The notes under the pieces: model-generated | The model's database searches: none | What the model was told of the DNA's origin: nothing | Seen by the model: the letters and a program-made list of their open reading frames with translations, nothing else | Assembly (NCBI GenBank): GCA_963714085.1 | Contig: OY970229.1 | Span: forward strand, 288,001 to 352,000 | Length of the DNA: 64,000 nt | From: an uncultured Candidatus Micrarchaeota archaeon | GTDB taxonomy: Archaea; Micrarchaeota; Micrarchaeia; Anstonellales; Bilamarchaeaceae | Direction: 5' to 3' | Part shown: positions 8,903-17,838 of the stretch, piece by piece | How the letters are laid out: each line of letters begins with the position of its first letter | Position numbering within the stretch: the first letter of the stretch is position 1 | Position numbers and translations under genes: made by a program

Positions 8903-8906
8903 AGTA

Positions 8907-9860
8907 TCACAGGAATGCAAGCAGCATGGCAACCTTCCAGCCTATTGATACAGCCGCGTTCAGGACGCGTAAAACGACCGGTACGAGCGAAAACACCGCC
9001 AATAGGTAGATCAACACGTTCACGAGCCCGATAAGCCCAAAACCAAGCATCAGGGCTATTCCCTGCACGAATCCACCGGCCAATACCGGATCCCCTGAAT
9101 TGAACAGGTATGTTAATGCGAGGATAAGCACTGCGTCAATGCTCGTCATGAAGATGATTATTACGATGAATTTCAGCATGAACAGGCCCCATTCCCTTGT
9201 GAACGGGATGAAATAGAGGAAAATCGCTATGGGAAACAGCAAAAGCAAGAAGGGAATCATCAAATAACGAATTATCAGGGTGAAGAACGTCAGGGCCGCA
9301 GCTGACAGGAAATTGAATGAAAGCACCATGGCGAACACAAGCGAGGAGAAAACGACCTGTATGCTCAGGAGATTGGCGAATGACGAATCGTATATTGACG
9401 TAGTTATGTACTGATTCAACTCGACAATCATCTTGAAGATGCTGAAGGAAAACGCGAGGGCGATAATGAGATATAGGACATTCTGGATCCAGAGTTTCGC
9501 CTTCGCACGTTTTTCAACATCCGCTGCCGTAGCGATATAATACGCACCAACCCCCATGAGCGCAAGGGTGTAAAGGCTCTCAAGAATGCTCATGATCTTC
9601 GCGTATGGAGTGCAGAAAAGGTCCAGATTAGGCCCGGTCACAATGAAAATCAACGAGTTATCGAGAAATTCCTTTGCCGAATATACGAATCCACTAACCA
9701 GGGAAGAGAAAAACTTCTCAACTATGCAGGTCGGCAGGTTGAAGATGACCTGAAGAAAGTTGGCATTATCCGGGCAGGATTGGTTAGTTATACTCACGTC
9801 AATGGAAGCGGAGTAAACGATTGAACTAATTACCAGCAATAAAACCAGGTACTTAAGCAA
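8907..9860 (-). CDS. VirB6/TrbL-like polytopic membrane protein
   Basis: Signal peptide, about 6 TM helices, LIIRYLMIPFLLLLFPIAIFLYFIPFTREW pattern; operon context. Confidence 0.7.
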   Translation of the reverse strand: MLKYLVLLLVISSIVYSASIDVSITNQSCPDNANFLQVIFNLPTCIVEKFFSSLVSGFVYSAKEFLDNSLIFIVTGPNLDLFCTPYAKIMSILESLYTLALMGVGAYYIATAADVEKRAKAKLWIQNVLYLIIALAFSFSIFKMIVELNQYITTSIYDSSFANLLSIQVVFSSLVFAMVLSFNFLSAAALTFFTLIIRYLMIPFLLLLFPIAIFLYFIPFTREWGLFMLKFIVIIIFMTSIDAVLILALTYLFNSGDPVLAGGFVQGIALMLGFGLIGLVNVLIYLLAVFSLVPVVLRVLNAAVSIGWKVAMLLAFL

Positions 9861-11010
9861 CAGGCATCACCCTCTTGACGGTTAGATAGATGACGTATAC
9901 GACTATGGCGAACAAAGCGGCATCGAACAAAGAATCGAAGAAACCAGGCTGGATTGGTTCGACTTTCGGGATTTTCGGGCTATTGGAGAGGTTCGAGTTA
10001 TTGCAGCCGAAGATGGTTTTCGATGAGAAATGGTCGGCTATCGTAAAGGAGCAATTCGCGGAATATGGGGCCAATATCGTAAAATTGGATCCATTCTGCT
10101 CCAAAACACTAAGCCCGTAAGCCGAAGTCTTGTTTGCCGGAACGATTTCTTTGACAAGAATGTTGTACGGCCCCTCATCCCTTATCGTGTAGAGGTACTT
10201 CGTTTCGTAGAAGCTGGAATTCCCTATGCGAAAAAACACGTTGGAATCGTTCGCTTTGATCCTGATTTCCGTTAGGTTGTTGTAGTATGCCAGAATCGCA
10301 TAATTCGAGGTCGGATTGAAGGGCACATATTTGATGTTTTTGGAATCCGAAACAGTCAGAGAATCCTTGAAACTGGCTGTGATGTAGTAATCGCAGCTAA
10401 CCGAACAGCTGTGACGGGAGCAATGTCTTATCAAGGTATAGCGATCCACCAGATATTCGCTTCGGACCGTGAGGTAAGCGGTCATTGCCGAGCTCGTATT
10501 TTGGACTGAGATTGAATAGTCGTACCCGCAAATCCTGAATTTATCATTACAATCTCCTGGTAGCATTCTAGTATCGACAACGAAACTGAAACTCTGCCTT
10601 ATCAACGGCTGGCTGGAGGCATTTACAAGATAAGTTCCATTATCGTAGACTGAGGGATCCAAGTAAGCAATGCTAATCCAGGCATCCTTGATATTAGCCG
10701 AACTTTTGGAGGCATTTGGAGGGTATTTTCCGAATCGGATAGCGTTATTCCATTGCCATATTTGATCAAAAGAGTCGTTAGTTATGGATTCGGCTATGAA
10801 AAGCTTCTTGTCCTCGGTGGTATTGAACGCATTTGATAATAGGCAGATTTCGCCGAAATTCCAGTCGCAGTAGTGGAGAATCGTATCAGCGGGTTTTGAT
10901 GGCGCGGAATAGGCGGTCGCAACAGTATAATCGTGATAGGGGTAACTAGGACAGCTCGGGACCGCTACGGATAGGCCAATCAAGAACAGGAAAAATACGG
11001 CCTTATCCAC
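9853..11010 (-). CDS. Secreted Cys-containing protein with C-terminal TM anchor (T4SS operon)
   Basis: Signal peptide, many N-x-S/T sequons, C-terminal hydrophobic helix + KR; overlaps both neighbours. Confidence 0.75.
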   Translation of the reverse strand: MDKAVFFLFLIGLSVAVPSCPSYPYHDYTVATAYSAPSKPADTILHYCDWNFGEICLLSNAFNTTEDKKLFIAESITNDSFDQIWQWNNAIRFGKYPPNASKSSANIKDAWISIAYLDPSVYDNGTYLVNASSQPLIRQSFSFVVDTRMLPGDCNDKFRICGYDYSISVQNTSSAMTAYLTVRSEYLVDRYTLIRHCSRHSCSVSCDYYITASFKDSLTVSDSKNIKYVPFNPTSNYAILAYYNNLTEIRIKANDSNVFFRIGNSSFYETKYLYTIRDEGPYNILVKEIVPANKTSAYGLSVLEQNGSNFTILAPYSANCSFTIADHFSSKTIFGCNNSNLSNSPKIPKVEPIQPGFFDSLFDAALFAIVVYVIYLTVKRVMPVA

Positions 11011-11221
11011 AATAATGACCTCCGGAGAACATGGAGCCGATTAAAGGGGCAAGATAGACGATGCAGAGGCCGATGATCACGCCCAGGATTACGTCTTTCC
11101 ACTGCTTTCGGAATATCGGATCCTGGCTGATGGTCAGCATAAGGCCGGAATACGCAATCATCACGATCCCGGCGACTGTGGCTAATAGCTTGATGCTGTC
11201 CGCTATGGCCTCAAGGGTCAA
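11003..11221 (-). CDS. VirB2/TrbC-like pilin (72 aa)
   Basis: Two TM helices joined by a charged loop (AYSG...QDPIFRKQWKDVILGVIIGL...LAP). Confidence 0.7.
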   Translation of the reverse strand: MTLEAIADSIKLLATVAGIVMIAYSGLMLTISQDPIFRKQWKDVILGVIIGLCIVYLAPLIGSMFSGGHYCG

Positions 11222-11222
11222 G

Positions 11223-11531
11223 CTACCACCCGCAGATACCCGAGGAATTGACCAGGTTCTTGACCAGCACCGGGGCCAGCCAGATGATGACCAGGCCGAT
11301 TATAACCCCGCTTAATAGCGCCTTGGCCGCGTTTCGCTCTGTCATCTCGTGCGAGCTCGCAAGGGTGAACCCCGCGTATGCGGCTACAAGAACGCCAGCT
11401 ACCGTGCCAAAAACCTGAATCATGTTGTAAAGCCGGCAGACGGGCTGATCGCTCGGAATGACCAGATCCGCGAAGCTCAAACCTAACAAAAGCAGGCCTA
11501 TGGCTAGATATTTCCTATTCAACCGTATCAC
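11223..11531 (-). CDS. VirB2/TrbC-like pilin with leader peptide (about 100 aa)
   Basis: Leader + two TM helices, AYAG...ERNAAKALLSGVIIGLVIIWLAP; clear paralog of the adjacent pilin. Confidence 0.75.
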   Translation of the reverse strand: MIRLNRKYLAIGLLLLGLSFADLVIPSDQPVCRLYNMIQVFGTVAGVLVAAYAGFTLASSHEMTERNAAKALLSGVIIGLVIIWLAPVLVKNLVNSSGICGW

Positions 11532-12339
11532 CTCGTATGATTATCCTGAATTCGGGATTTTTCTTCTGAAATCCGATTTTCGACTTGATGAAATCCAGAT
11601 AAGCCGGATTGATCTCGTACCCTATGGATTTCCTGCCCAGGTTTCGAGCTGCACGGATGGATGTGCCGCTGCCGAGAAATGGATCCAGGCAGGTTTCGCC
11701 TTCATAGGTGTACAATCTGATCAAGGCTTCTGGAAGCGCGATGGGAAACATGGCCGGATGGTCGTCCTTGTTATGCTTATTCTTGGTTTCCGGGACCATT
11801 TCCCAGATATCATTGCCCCAATGGGATCTGGCATACTCCAAATCGATCTTTGAGGCGGCTTTTTCCTCTTTTGAGATTCTTTTGAAGTCGAATTTGCCCT
11901 TTCTGAAAACAAGGATATGCTCGTAGATGTTGTTCGGATAGTAGTACATCGGATAGGGATGTTGGATGAACGTCCCGAACCGCTTGGAGCTTCCCAGGCC
12001 CGAAGGCTTCTTCCAGAGGATATCTTCCCGGTATTCAAAGCCGCTTTTCTGGAGAATGCCTACGAAATGGCATGGGATGGGGTACTTCTTCTCCCCGCTG
12101 ATGATGTCCGAGATGTTCACGCAGATGTAACGGCCGTTGTCAAGGACGCGGTAGCATTCTTTGAATATCTGGTACATGGCCCGGAGGTAGGCCTCGTATT
12201 CGTTGATGGAGCCGATGTTCTCGGTTCCATAGTCCTTGACATTGAAATAAGGCGGGCTGGTTACAATGAGCTGTATCGAGCCGTCCTTTATCTCAGCCAT
12301 GTTCCGCGAATCGCCGATAACCACGGTGCTTTGGGCCAT
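11515..12339 (-). CDS. N4-cytosine/N6-adenine DNA methyltransferase (beta class)
   Basis: GDS, LIVTSPPY catalytic motif IV before HPAMFP and DPFLGSGT SAM-binding motif I, IGYEIN. Confidence 0.92.
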   Translation of the reverse strand: MAQSTVVIGDSRNMAEIKDGSIQLIVTSPPYFNVKDYGTENIGSINEYEAYLRAMYQIFKECYRVLDNGRYICVNISDIISGEKKYPIPCHFVGILQKSGFEYREDILWKKPSGLGSSKRFGTFIQHPYPMYYYPNNIYEHILVFRKGKFDFKRISKEEKAASKIDLEYARSHWGNDIWEMVPETKNKHNKDDHPAMFPIALPEALIRLYTYEGETCLDPFLGSGTSIRAARNLGRKSIGYEINPAYLDFIKSKIGFQKKNPEFRIIIRGDTVE

Positions 12340-12550
12340 GGCTACATAGATATCTCATTGGGCTATTTTATGATTGATGCGAAATTTGATGGCGGGATGA
12401 GAAAAGAAGATTTGTTGTAACGAGCTGGACCGAACTACTCTCCAGTTCAGCTATGTTTCGGGGCATGTCACTCAGTCAGTGATCATTAGCTGATGTTATA
12501 CGACGATTAGCACGGAGTGTAGAGAAGAAATGACAACTATCTGATTAGCA

Positions 12551-13576
12551 TCAGTCACTTACATCCTCCGCTTCTAGAGACAATTCGAGTATGTAATCAT
12601 AAAATCTCTTTTTGAGATGCCCCCGTTCTATCCTATGATAATCTTTGGATAGGCTCGTAAGCAACAGGATAAGATCTGATCTTACTTTCGGAATTGCCTC
12701 TTCAAATGGAACTGCTAAAGATACCTCGCTCCACCTGACAAGGAAGTAGTATATCCTATAAAACTCGCCTAAAAACTGGGAAAATGTATATTCATTTCCT
12801 CCGATTACAACGAATTTTCTTTCGCCTGAGTCATAGAAGATATTGGAATGAGAAATCTTATCTCTAAAAATTTTTGAGGTCTGCCCTTTACCGAATATAG
12901 ACCTATTTTCAAGTGGTATCGCTAGCACTTCTTCTAAAACATGATTTATGAGCCCCACAGTGGCATGTTCACCATTACCTCTATTGATTTGCCCCATAAA
13001 TTGTTTAGTTTTATCTTTGAATTTTAACTTACCGTTCTGTTCAGTTAAATACCAAAATAATTTCCTATCCACACTGAATGCAATTAACTCGTATAAATTA
13101 ACAAATGTCCAAAGTAATACTGGTGCCAGCAGAATTTCAGGGATTGCGGATTTTCTATTCTCTATTTCACTTACTACTTCTGAAAGGAAAAATAGTTGAC
13201 CGGATAGTTCTAAAAAATCTTCAAGTTTTGTTGATTGAGTAGAAACTAAAAAAGCTATGACTTTTTCATCATCGCCACTTGTAATATACCGATTTTCCTT
13301 ATTTATCTTTTCAGATGTACTTCTTGTAATATCAATGAAGGTCGATAATTGTTCTGTATTAAGTACTATGTCGATATTATTTGCACAGTTCGAAAAATAA
13401 TTTGAGACAACTATTGGCGATCTAGATAAAAGTACTTTTTCTAAACGGAAAAGGAATTCATTATGGGTTAGTCGTGATGGAAATGCAATATAATCTTTTT
13501 GTGCAAGATATTTGATAAATTGTCCTTCTTCCATAATGATGTTATATTGGTATCTGAATTTAACACTACCCGGCAT
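12551..13576 (-). CDS. Hypothetical helical protein with RxxxxH motif (HEPN-like); true start may be the ATG at 13534
   Basis: 341-aa AT-rich ORF; FRDKISHS motif in the C-terminal third; next to an RM locus. Confidence 0.6.
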   Translation of the reverse strand: MPGSVKFRYQYNIIMEEGQFIKYLAQKDYIAFPSRLTHNEFLFRLEKVLLSRSPIVVSNYFSNCANNIDIVLNTEQLSTFIDITRSTSEKINKENRYITSGDDEKVIAFLVSTQSTKLEDFLELSGQLFFLSEVVSEIENRKSAIPEILLAPVLLWTFVNLYELIAFSVDRKLFWYLTEQNGKLKFKDKTKQFMGQINRGNGEHATVGLINHVLEEVLAIPLENRSIFGKGQTSKIFRDKISHSNIFYDSGERKFVVIGGNEYTFSQFLGEFYRIYYFLVRWSEVSLAVPFEEAIPKVRSDLILLLTSLSKDYHRIERGHLKKRFYDYILELSLEAEDVSD

Positions 13577-13664
13577 CGGCTCGTATCTTCTTCTTTTCTA
13601 GGGAAGGTGTTGTTCCTAAAGAGTACTGATTTATTCCTTCGCTGCACATATTTTGCAGAATACT

Positions 13665-14072
13665 ATGGCCGATGTCCTAACAAAGAAGCAAAGAAGCTAC
13701 AATATGTCCAGAATCAGGGCTGTGGATACTAAACCGGAACTCACCTTACGGCATTTTCTTTATGCTGCGGGCATGCGGGGTTATCGTCTCCACTATCCTC
13801 TCTTAGGCAAACCAGATGTCGTTTTTGTGAAAAAGAAGGTTGGAATATTCATAGATGGCTGTTTTTGGCATAACTGCCCGAATGATTTTGTTGTCCCAAA
13901 AACACGACGCGCATTCTGGCTTAAAAAAATTAATGGCAATGTTAAACGCGATAAAGAAGTTAATGTCAAACTGACAATGATGGGGTGGAAAGTCATCCGA
14001 ATCTGGGAGCATGAGATAATGCATTCGCCTAAAGCAGTTCTATTAAGAATCCGAAACCTCATCGGAGAATAA
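13665..14072 (+). CDS. vsr: Very short patch repair endonuclease
   Basis: MADV...RSYNMSRIRAVDTKPE, GKPD, IFIDGCFWHNCP, FW..KI..NVKRD, GWKVIRIWEHE. Confidence 0.95.
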   Translation: MADVLTKKQRSYNMSRIRAVDTKPELTLRHFLYAAGMRGYRLHYPLLGKPDVVFVKKKVGIFIDGCFWHNCPNDFVVPKTRRAFWLKKINGNVKRDKEVNVKLTMMGWKVIRIWEHEIMHSPKAVLLRIRNLIGE

Positions 14073-15065
14073 GGTATTCTGAAGAGCATATGGAGTTGCT
14101 CTTTTGGGTTTATTTCTAAGCGTATCGACAACGGACTTTGCCAAAATTTCGATTACTGGCACTGCAACAGAATTTCCGAATTGTTTGTATGCTCTAGTAT
14201 CAGAAACCGGGATTTTGAATGAATCTGGATAGCCTTGCAGTCTTGCACATTCTCTAGGCGTAAGTCGTCTTGGATTTTTGCCTTTCTGTGGAATAAGTAT
14301 TTCACTTCCATCCTTATAGTATCTAGCCGATAGAGTGCGTGTGTAACTATTCAGATCTACAAGACCAAATCCAAATCCATTACCCTTTTCACGGTGCTTT
14401 TTAGCATAGTTTTGAAGGTACTCCCATAAATGGTCAGTTAGAGTGTACTTATCAGGAACGTTAGTTTCTAGGATATCTTTCACCTTTGGATTTTTGTCAG
14501 GTATCTCAGGAAATTTATAATCAATAGTTCTGTCTCTGAACCCAACCATGAACACTCTCTCTCGATTCTGCGGGACTAGGCTTTTTGCATTTATTACCTT
14601 ATAATGAAAGGAATACCCGAGTTCTTCGAGTGTTTTCCTTATGACCTTAAAGGTTCTTCCTGCGTCATGTCTCTCTAAATTCTTAACATTTTCAAGGAAA
14701 AAGGCCTCAGGTTTTCGTTCATTGATTATTCTTGCAATCTCATAAAAGAGATTTCCCTGAGTTTCGTCGTCAAATCCATGTGGTTTGCCAAGACTATTTT
14801 TTTTTGATACACCTGCAATAGAAAAAGGCTGGCACGGAAAACCGCCACATAAAATATTAAATTCTGGTATTTCAGAAGATGATACTTCCTTTATATCTCC
14901 GATAAATAAACCATGCGAACCAAAATTTTCAGAATAGGTTATTCCTGCATATTTGTCAAAATCATTTGTCCAAGCACATTCTGCTCCTGCGCTCTCGAAA
15001 CCTAAACGTATGCCTCCAATACCAGCAAATAAATCAATGAAGGTTATCCTCTTTGCCTTCGTCAT
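14043..15065 (-). CDS. dcm: DNA cytosine-C5 methyltransferase, Dcm/EcoRII-like
   Basis: FIDLFAGIGG, GGFPCQPFS, ENVKNL, PQNRERVF, RTLSARYYKDGSEILI (Dcm-type TRD), RRLTPRECARLQG, QFGNSV. Confidence 0.93.
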   Translation of the reverse strand: MTKAKRITFIDLFAGIGGIRLGFESAGAECAWTNDFDKYAGITYSENFGSHGLFIGDIKEVSSSEIPEFNILCGGFPCQPFSIAGVSKKNSLGKPHGFDDETQGNLFYEIARIINERKPEAFFLENVKNLERHDAGRTFKVIRKTLEELGYSFHYKVINAKSLVPQNRERVFMVGFRDRTIDYKFPEIPDKNPKVKDILETNVPDKYTLTDHLWEYLQNYAKKHREKGNGFGFGLVDLNSYTRTLSARYYKDGSEILIPQKGKNPRRLTPRECARLQGYPDSFKIPVSDTRAYKQFGNSVAVPVIEILAKSVVDTLRNKPKRATPYALQNTLFSDEVSDS

Positions 15066-15075
15066 AATCGCGCCT

Positions 15076-16155
15076 CTATAGATACTTTACTACAAGCTCA
15101 GTACCGTATTTGCCCGCAATGTTCTTTATCTCTTTTGGAAGATTTCCAAGTTCCTTTAATTTATCTTCCGTAATCGTAGTACGATCGAAAGTTTTGAAAA
15201 GAGAATACGGCAATCTAATGGTTTGAGTAGTCTGTCCTCCCATCCCGGGTCCGCCTGCCATGAGATTCCAGCTAGAGGATAATAGAATATCGCTTAAGGT
15301 AATGTACTTCCATCCAACAAATTCTCCCGTCGCGGTCATTTCCCGTATTAAATAGATTGCATTGGCATCATTCGGCAAACACACACGCAGTAACATAAGT
15401 ATTCGTCCGACATCTATCCCGAAAAAACGACCATTGCCATCAGCGGCAGGGAATTTTTCCTTTATCTCAATCGGCAGTATATGTTTTTGGGACAAGCTAA
15501 GCATAAACCAATCAACGTCGTATGGGTCATTGAGAGGTTTCTTTAAAATTCCTTTAAGAAGACCTGAATAAAATAACTCGTTAAGAAGAAGGGTTAGAAG
15601 CACCTCTTCATTACCTAAAAGAAGCTTCTCTTTTATGTGTGGGTCCCAACCACCCATATTAGTACCAACTCTTCCGCCACGTCCTCCCCACTTACTAAAG
15701 AACGCCATTGGTTCTTGTGACTCGAACCTACCATTCTTAAAGGCATAGAATTTCCATTGAACGACATTATGATTTCCTGATTTAATGTCATTTAACGGCA
15801 GAGTGCCATCAGCTGTAGTAGCTATAGCATAAACTACCCCTGCTCCAGCATTATTCAAGAACTCAGATATAGCATGAAATGGACGGTATCTGCTGCCTAA
15901 AAGAGTTTGAGGTTCGGTACTGATATCTGAAGTTCGTAGAATCTTGGGGTGAATAAAAAATGAGAACCGATATTTAAAAAAATCATCTTCCTTAGGAGAC
16001 AATAGCCAGCATCCTGAGAAAAACTTTTCATTGGCATCAGATCCGAACTTTCCTAGAGATATCTCATCGAAAAATATGCTTTGTGCCAATAACCCCTTGG
16101 CCTTGTTTTTCGGCCATAAGCCCTCTAAAATGCCTACAATATCTGAAGCAGCCAT
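15076..16155 (-). CDS. Putative type II restriction endonuclease
   Basis: Co-oriented immediately upstream of the C5 MTase; PYDVD-x13-EIKEK fits PD-(D/E)xK. Confidence 0.55.
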   Translation of the reverse strand: MAASDIVGILEGLWPKNKAKGLLAQSIFFDEISLGKFGSDANEKFFSGCWLLSPKEDDFFKYRFSFFIHPKILRTSDISTEPQTLLGSRYRPFHAISEFLNNAGAGVVYAIATTADGTLPLNDIKSGNHNVVQWKFYAFKNGRFESQEPMAFFSKWGGRGGRVGTNMGGWDPHIKEKLLLGNEEVLLTLLLNELFYSGLLKGILKKPLNDPYDVDWFMLSLSQKHILPIEIKEKFPAADGNGRFFGIDVGRILMLLRVCLPNDANAIYLIREMTATGEFVGWKYITLSDILLSSSWNLMAGGPGMGGQTTQTIRLPYSLFKTFDRTTITEDKLKELGNLPKEIKNIAGKYGTELVVKYL

Positions 16156-16351
16156 ACAGGTACTTACATTTTAGTTCTTATAAAGATTAGTTTTCGGGCA
16201 ACCTTGCTCCTGAATAAGCCAAATGACCACTTAAACGGGCAAAACAAAGCGGACTACCGAGTATTTAGGTTTTTAAGCCAGTCAGATTATCAATTCATCA
16301 ATATTTGAGAAATCATCAAATAAGCAAAAAAAGATCCTAACTCCGAGGTTA

Positions 16352-16373
16352 TGACCCCGGGGAGATTTGAACC
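16352..16373 (-). other. Isolated tRNA 3'-end fragment GGTTCAAATCTCCCCGGGGTCA (att-like relic)
   Basis: T-loop + 5-nt T stem + 7-nt acceptor strand + discriminator; no 5' half upstream; followed by a hairpin and T-run. Confidence 0.6.
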
Positions 16374-16581
16374 GTACAGTTGGGTCCGAAATGGTTTGAT
16401 TTGAGTCCTAGACGCGACACTTGCTTCCAAGCCTCTCTTTTTAACCTCTGCTCTTCAGATGAGGATTCGGCAAGAACGGACCCCTCTGGCTCAAACTGAG
16501 ACCAGATCTGAACGCGCTAGGGCAGGATTTGAGACCAGCTCTGAGGACACCACCAGGGTAAGACCTCAGAGCAGATCAGAA

Positions 16582-16665
16582 TGCAGGGGACGAGATTCGA
16601 ACTCGCGTAGGTACTAAACCACTAGCCCCTCAAGCTAGCACGTTTGGCCGCTCCGTCACCCCTGC
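16582..16665 (-). tRNA. tRNA-Leu(GAG)
   Basis: Acceptor GCAGGGG/CCCCTGC+A, anticodon arm CTAGC-TTGAGGG-GCTAG, long variable arm, GTTCGAATC; no encoded CCA. Confidence 0.95.
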
Positions 16666-16754
16666 GTGAAAACGTCAGACGGACATTAGCAGGGGGCGCT
16701 GTGCTCGGAACGCCGAGCAGACGCGCCCCTGCGCGCTTAATGAAAATAAAAAAA

Positions 16755-17375
16755 TCATTCCTTCTTCTTCGCGCTCTTCTTCTTGGCCGGCTTCGCCTTC
16801 TTGGCGGGCTTCTCGCCCATGGCCTCGAGCAGCGTGTCGATGTCGCCCTGGAGCTCGTCGCAGGCCCGCAATACAACTTCCTGCGCAGGCGCGTGGTAGA
16901 AGCTCTCCACGATCATCTTGAGCTTTCCATCCGCGACCCCGTAGCTCACGAGCCCGGACTGGTATTTGGCGTGCTGCATGCCGCGGCCCAGGCGCGCCTT
17001 GGCTTCCAGCCTTATGTGCTGCCCGGGGCCAAGCGTGACGACGACGATATCGTCCTGCGCTATCTTCGCTTCCTTGTCCGAGCTCTTCATGTCCTTGGCG
17101 TACACGACCTTGGGTCCGCTCTCGTCGAGAGTGAACACGACCTCCCCGCTCTCGGGGAAGTCCTCGGGGGTGGATATCGGCATCAGGCCCAGCCTGTGCG
17201 CGATGTACTCGTCCCACATGGACGTCGTGTTGTCGTAGAAGGTCACCTGGTCCATGGCCAGGACCGGCACGCGGTTCATGGTATAGCGCCGCAGCGTGTT
17301 TGCGAACGCTGTGGACACGCCGTCAATGACGAATTCGATCCGGTTCTCGTGCTTCTTATCGAGTTTGAGTTCCAT
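16755..17375 (-). CDS. rpoD: DNA-directed RNA polymerase subunit D (Rpo3), short form
   Basis: FANTLRR, VPVLAMD, NTTSMWDEYIAHRLGLMP, GRGMQHAKY; follows S11. Confidence 0.95.
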   Translation of the reverse strand: MELKLDKKHENRIEFVIDGVSTAFANTLRRYTMNRVPVLAMDQVTFYDNTTSMWDEYIAHRLGLMPISTPEDFPESGEVVFTLDESGPKVVYAKDMKSSDKEAKIAQDDIVVVTLGPGQHIRLEAKARLGRGMQHAKYQSGLVSYGVADGKLKMIVESFYHAPAQEVVLRACDELQGDIDTLLEAMGEKPAKKAKPAKKKSAKKKE

Positions 17376-17379
17376 AAGC

Positions 17380-17829
17380 TCAGACCCTTCTTCCCCTTCT
17401 TCCGCCCTTCCTCTTCATGGAATCGGTCGGCAGTGGAGTTACATCCTCTATCTTCCCGATGCGTACGCCGCTGCGCGCGACGGTACGTATGACGGCCTGC
17501 GCTCCGGCGCCGGGGGATTTCGACCCGACCCCTCCTGGGGCGCGTATCCGCACATGCACGTAGAATATGCCCTTGTTCTTGAGGTTCGTCACCACGCTGG
17601 TGGCAGCCTGCATCGCCGCGTACGGCCGCCCCTCCTCCCTGTCGGACTTGACCATCATGCCGCCCGAGGCCCATGCGAGGGTCTCGGCGCCGCTGATGTC
17701 GGTCGCGGTTATGATGGTGTCGTTCTTGGATGAGAACACGTGGAGCACTGCGGTCCTGCGGGGACCCATCTTCACCGGGGCAGCCGGTATTTCCTTCCTC
17801 TCTTCTACCTTCTTCTCTTCTTCAACCAT
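17380..17829 (-). CDS. rps11: 30S ribosomal protein S11 (uS11)
   Basis: [41 protein letters not shown]. Confidence 0.97.
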   Translation of the reverse strand: MVEEEKKVEERKEIPAAPVKMGPRRTAVLHVFSSKNDTIITATDISGAETLAWASGGMMVKSDREEGRPYAAMQAATSVVTNLKNKGIFYVHVRIRAPGGVGSKSPGAGAQAVIRTVARSGVRIGKIEDVTPLPTDSMKRKGGRRGRRV

Positions 17830-17838
17830 TCAAACACC

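Larger units (their letters stand above)
1..16580. mobile_element. tRNA-adjacent genomic island / putative integrative conjugative element (left end probably outside the window)
   Basis: Abrupt drop in GC by eye downstream of tRNA-Leu; Cdc6, T4SS-like operon, RM and cargo genes; tRNA 3' relics. Confidence 0.75.

Noticed and set aside
16352..16580. Possible intron-containing, split or permuted tRNA
   Set aside because: I could not find a matching 5' acceptor strand (GACCCCG/GGCCCCG), D arm or bulge-helix-bulge upstream; treated as a relic
1..16580. Provirus interpretation of the island
   Set aside because: No recognisable capsid, terminase, portal or packaging ATPase; gene set fits a T4SS-type element better
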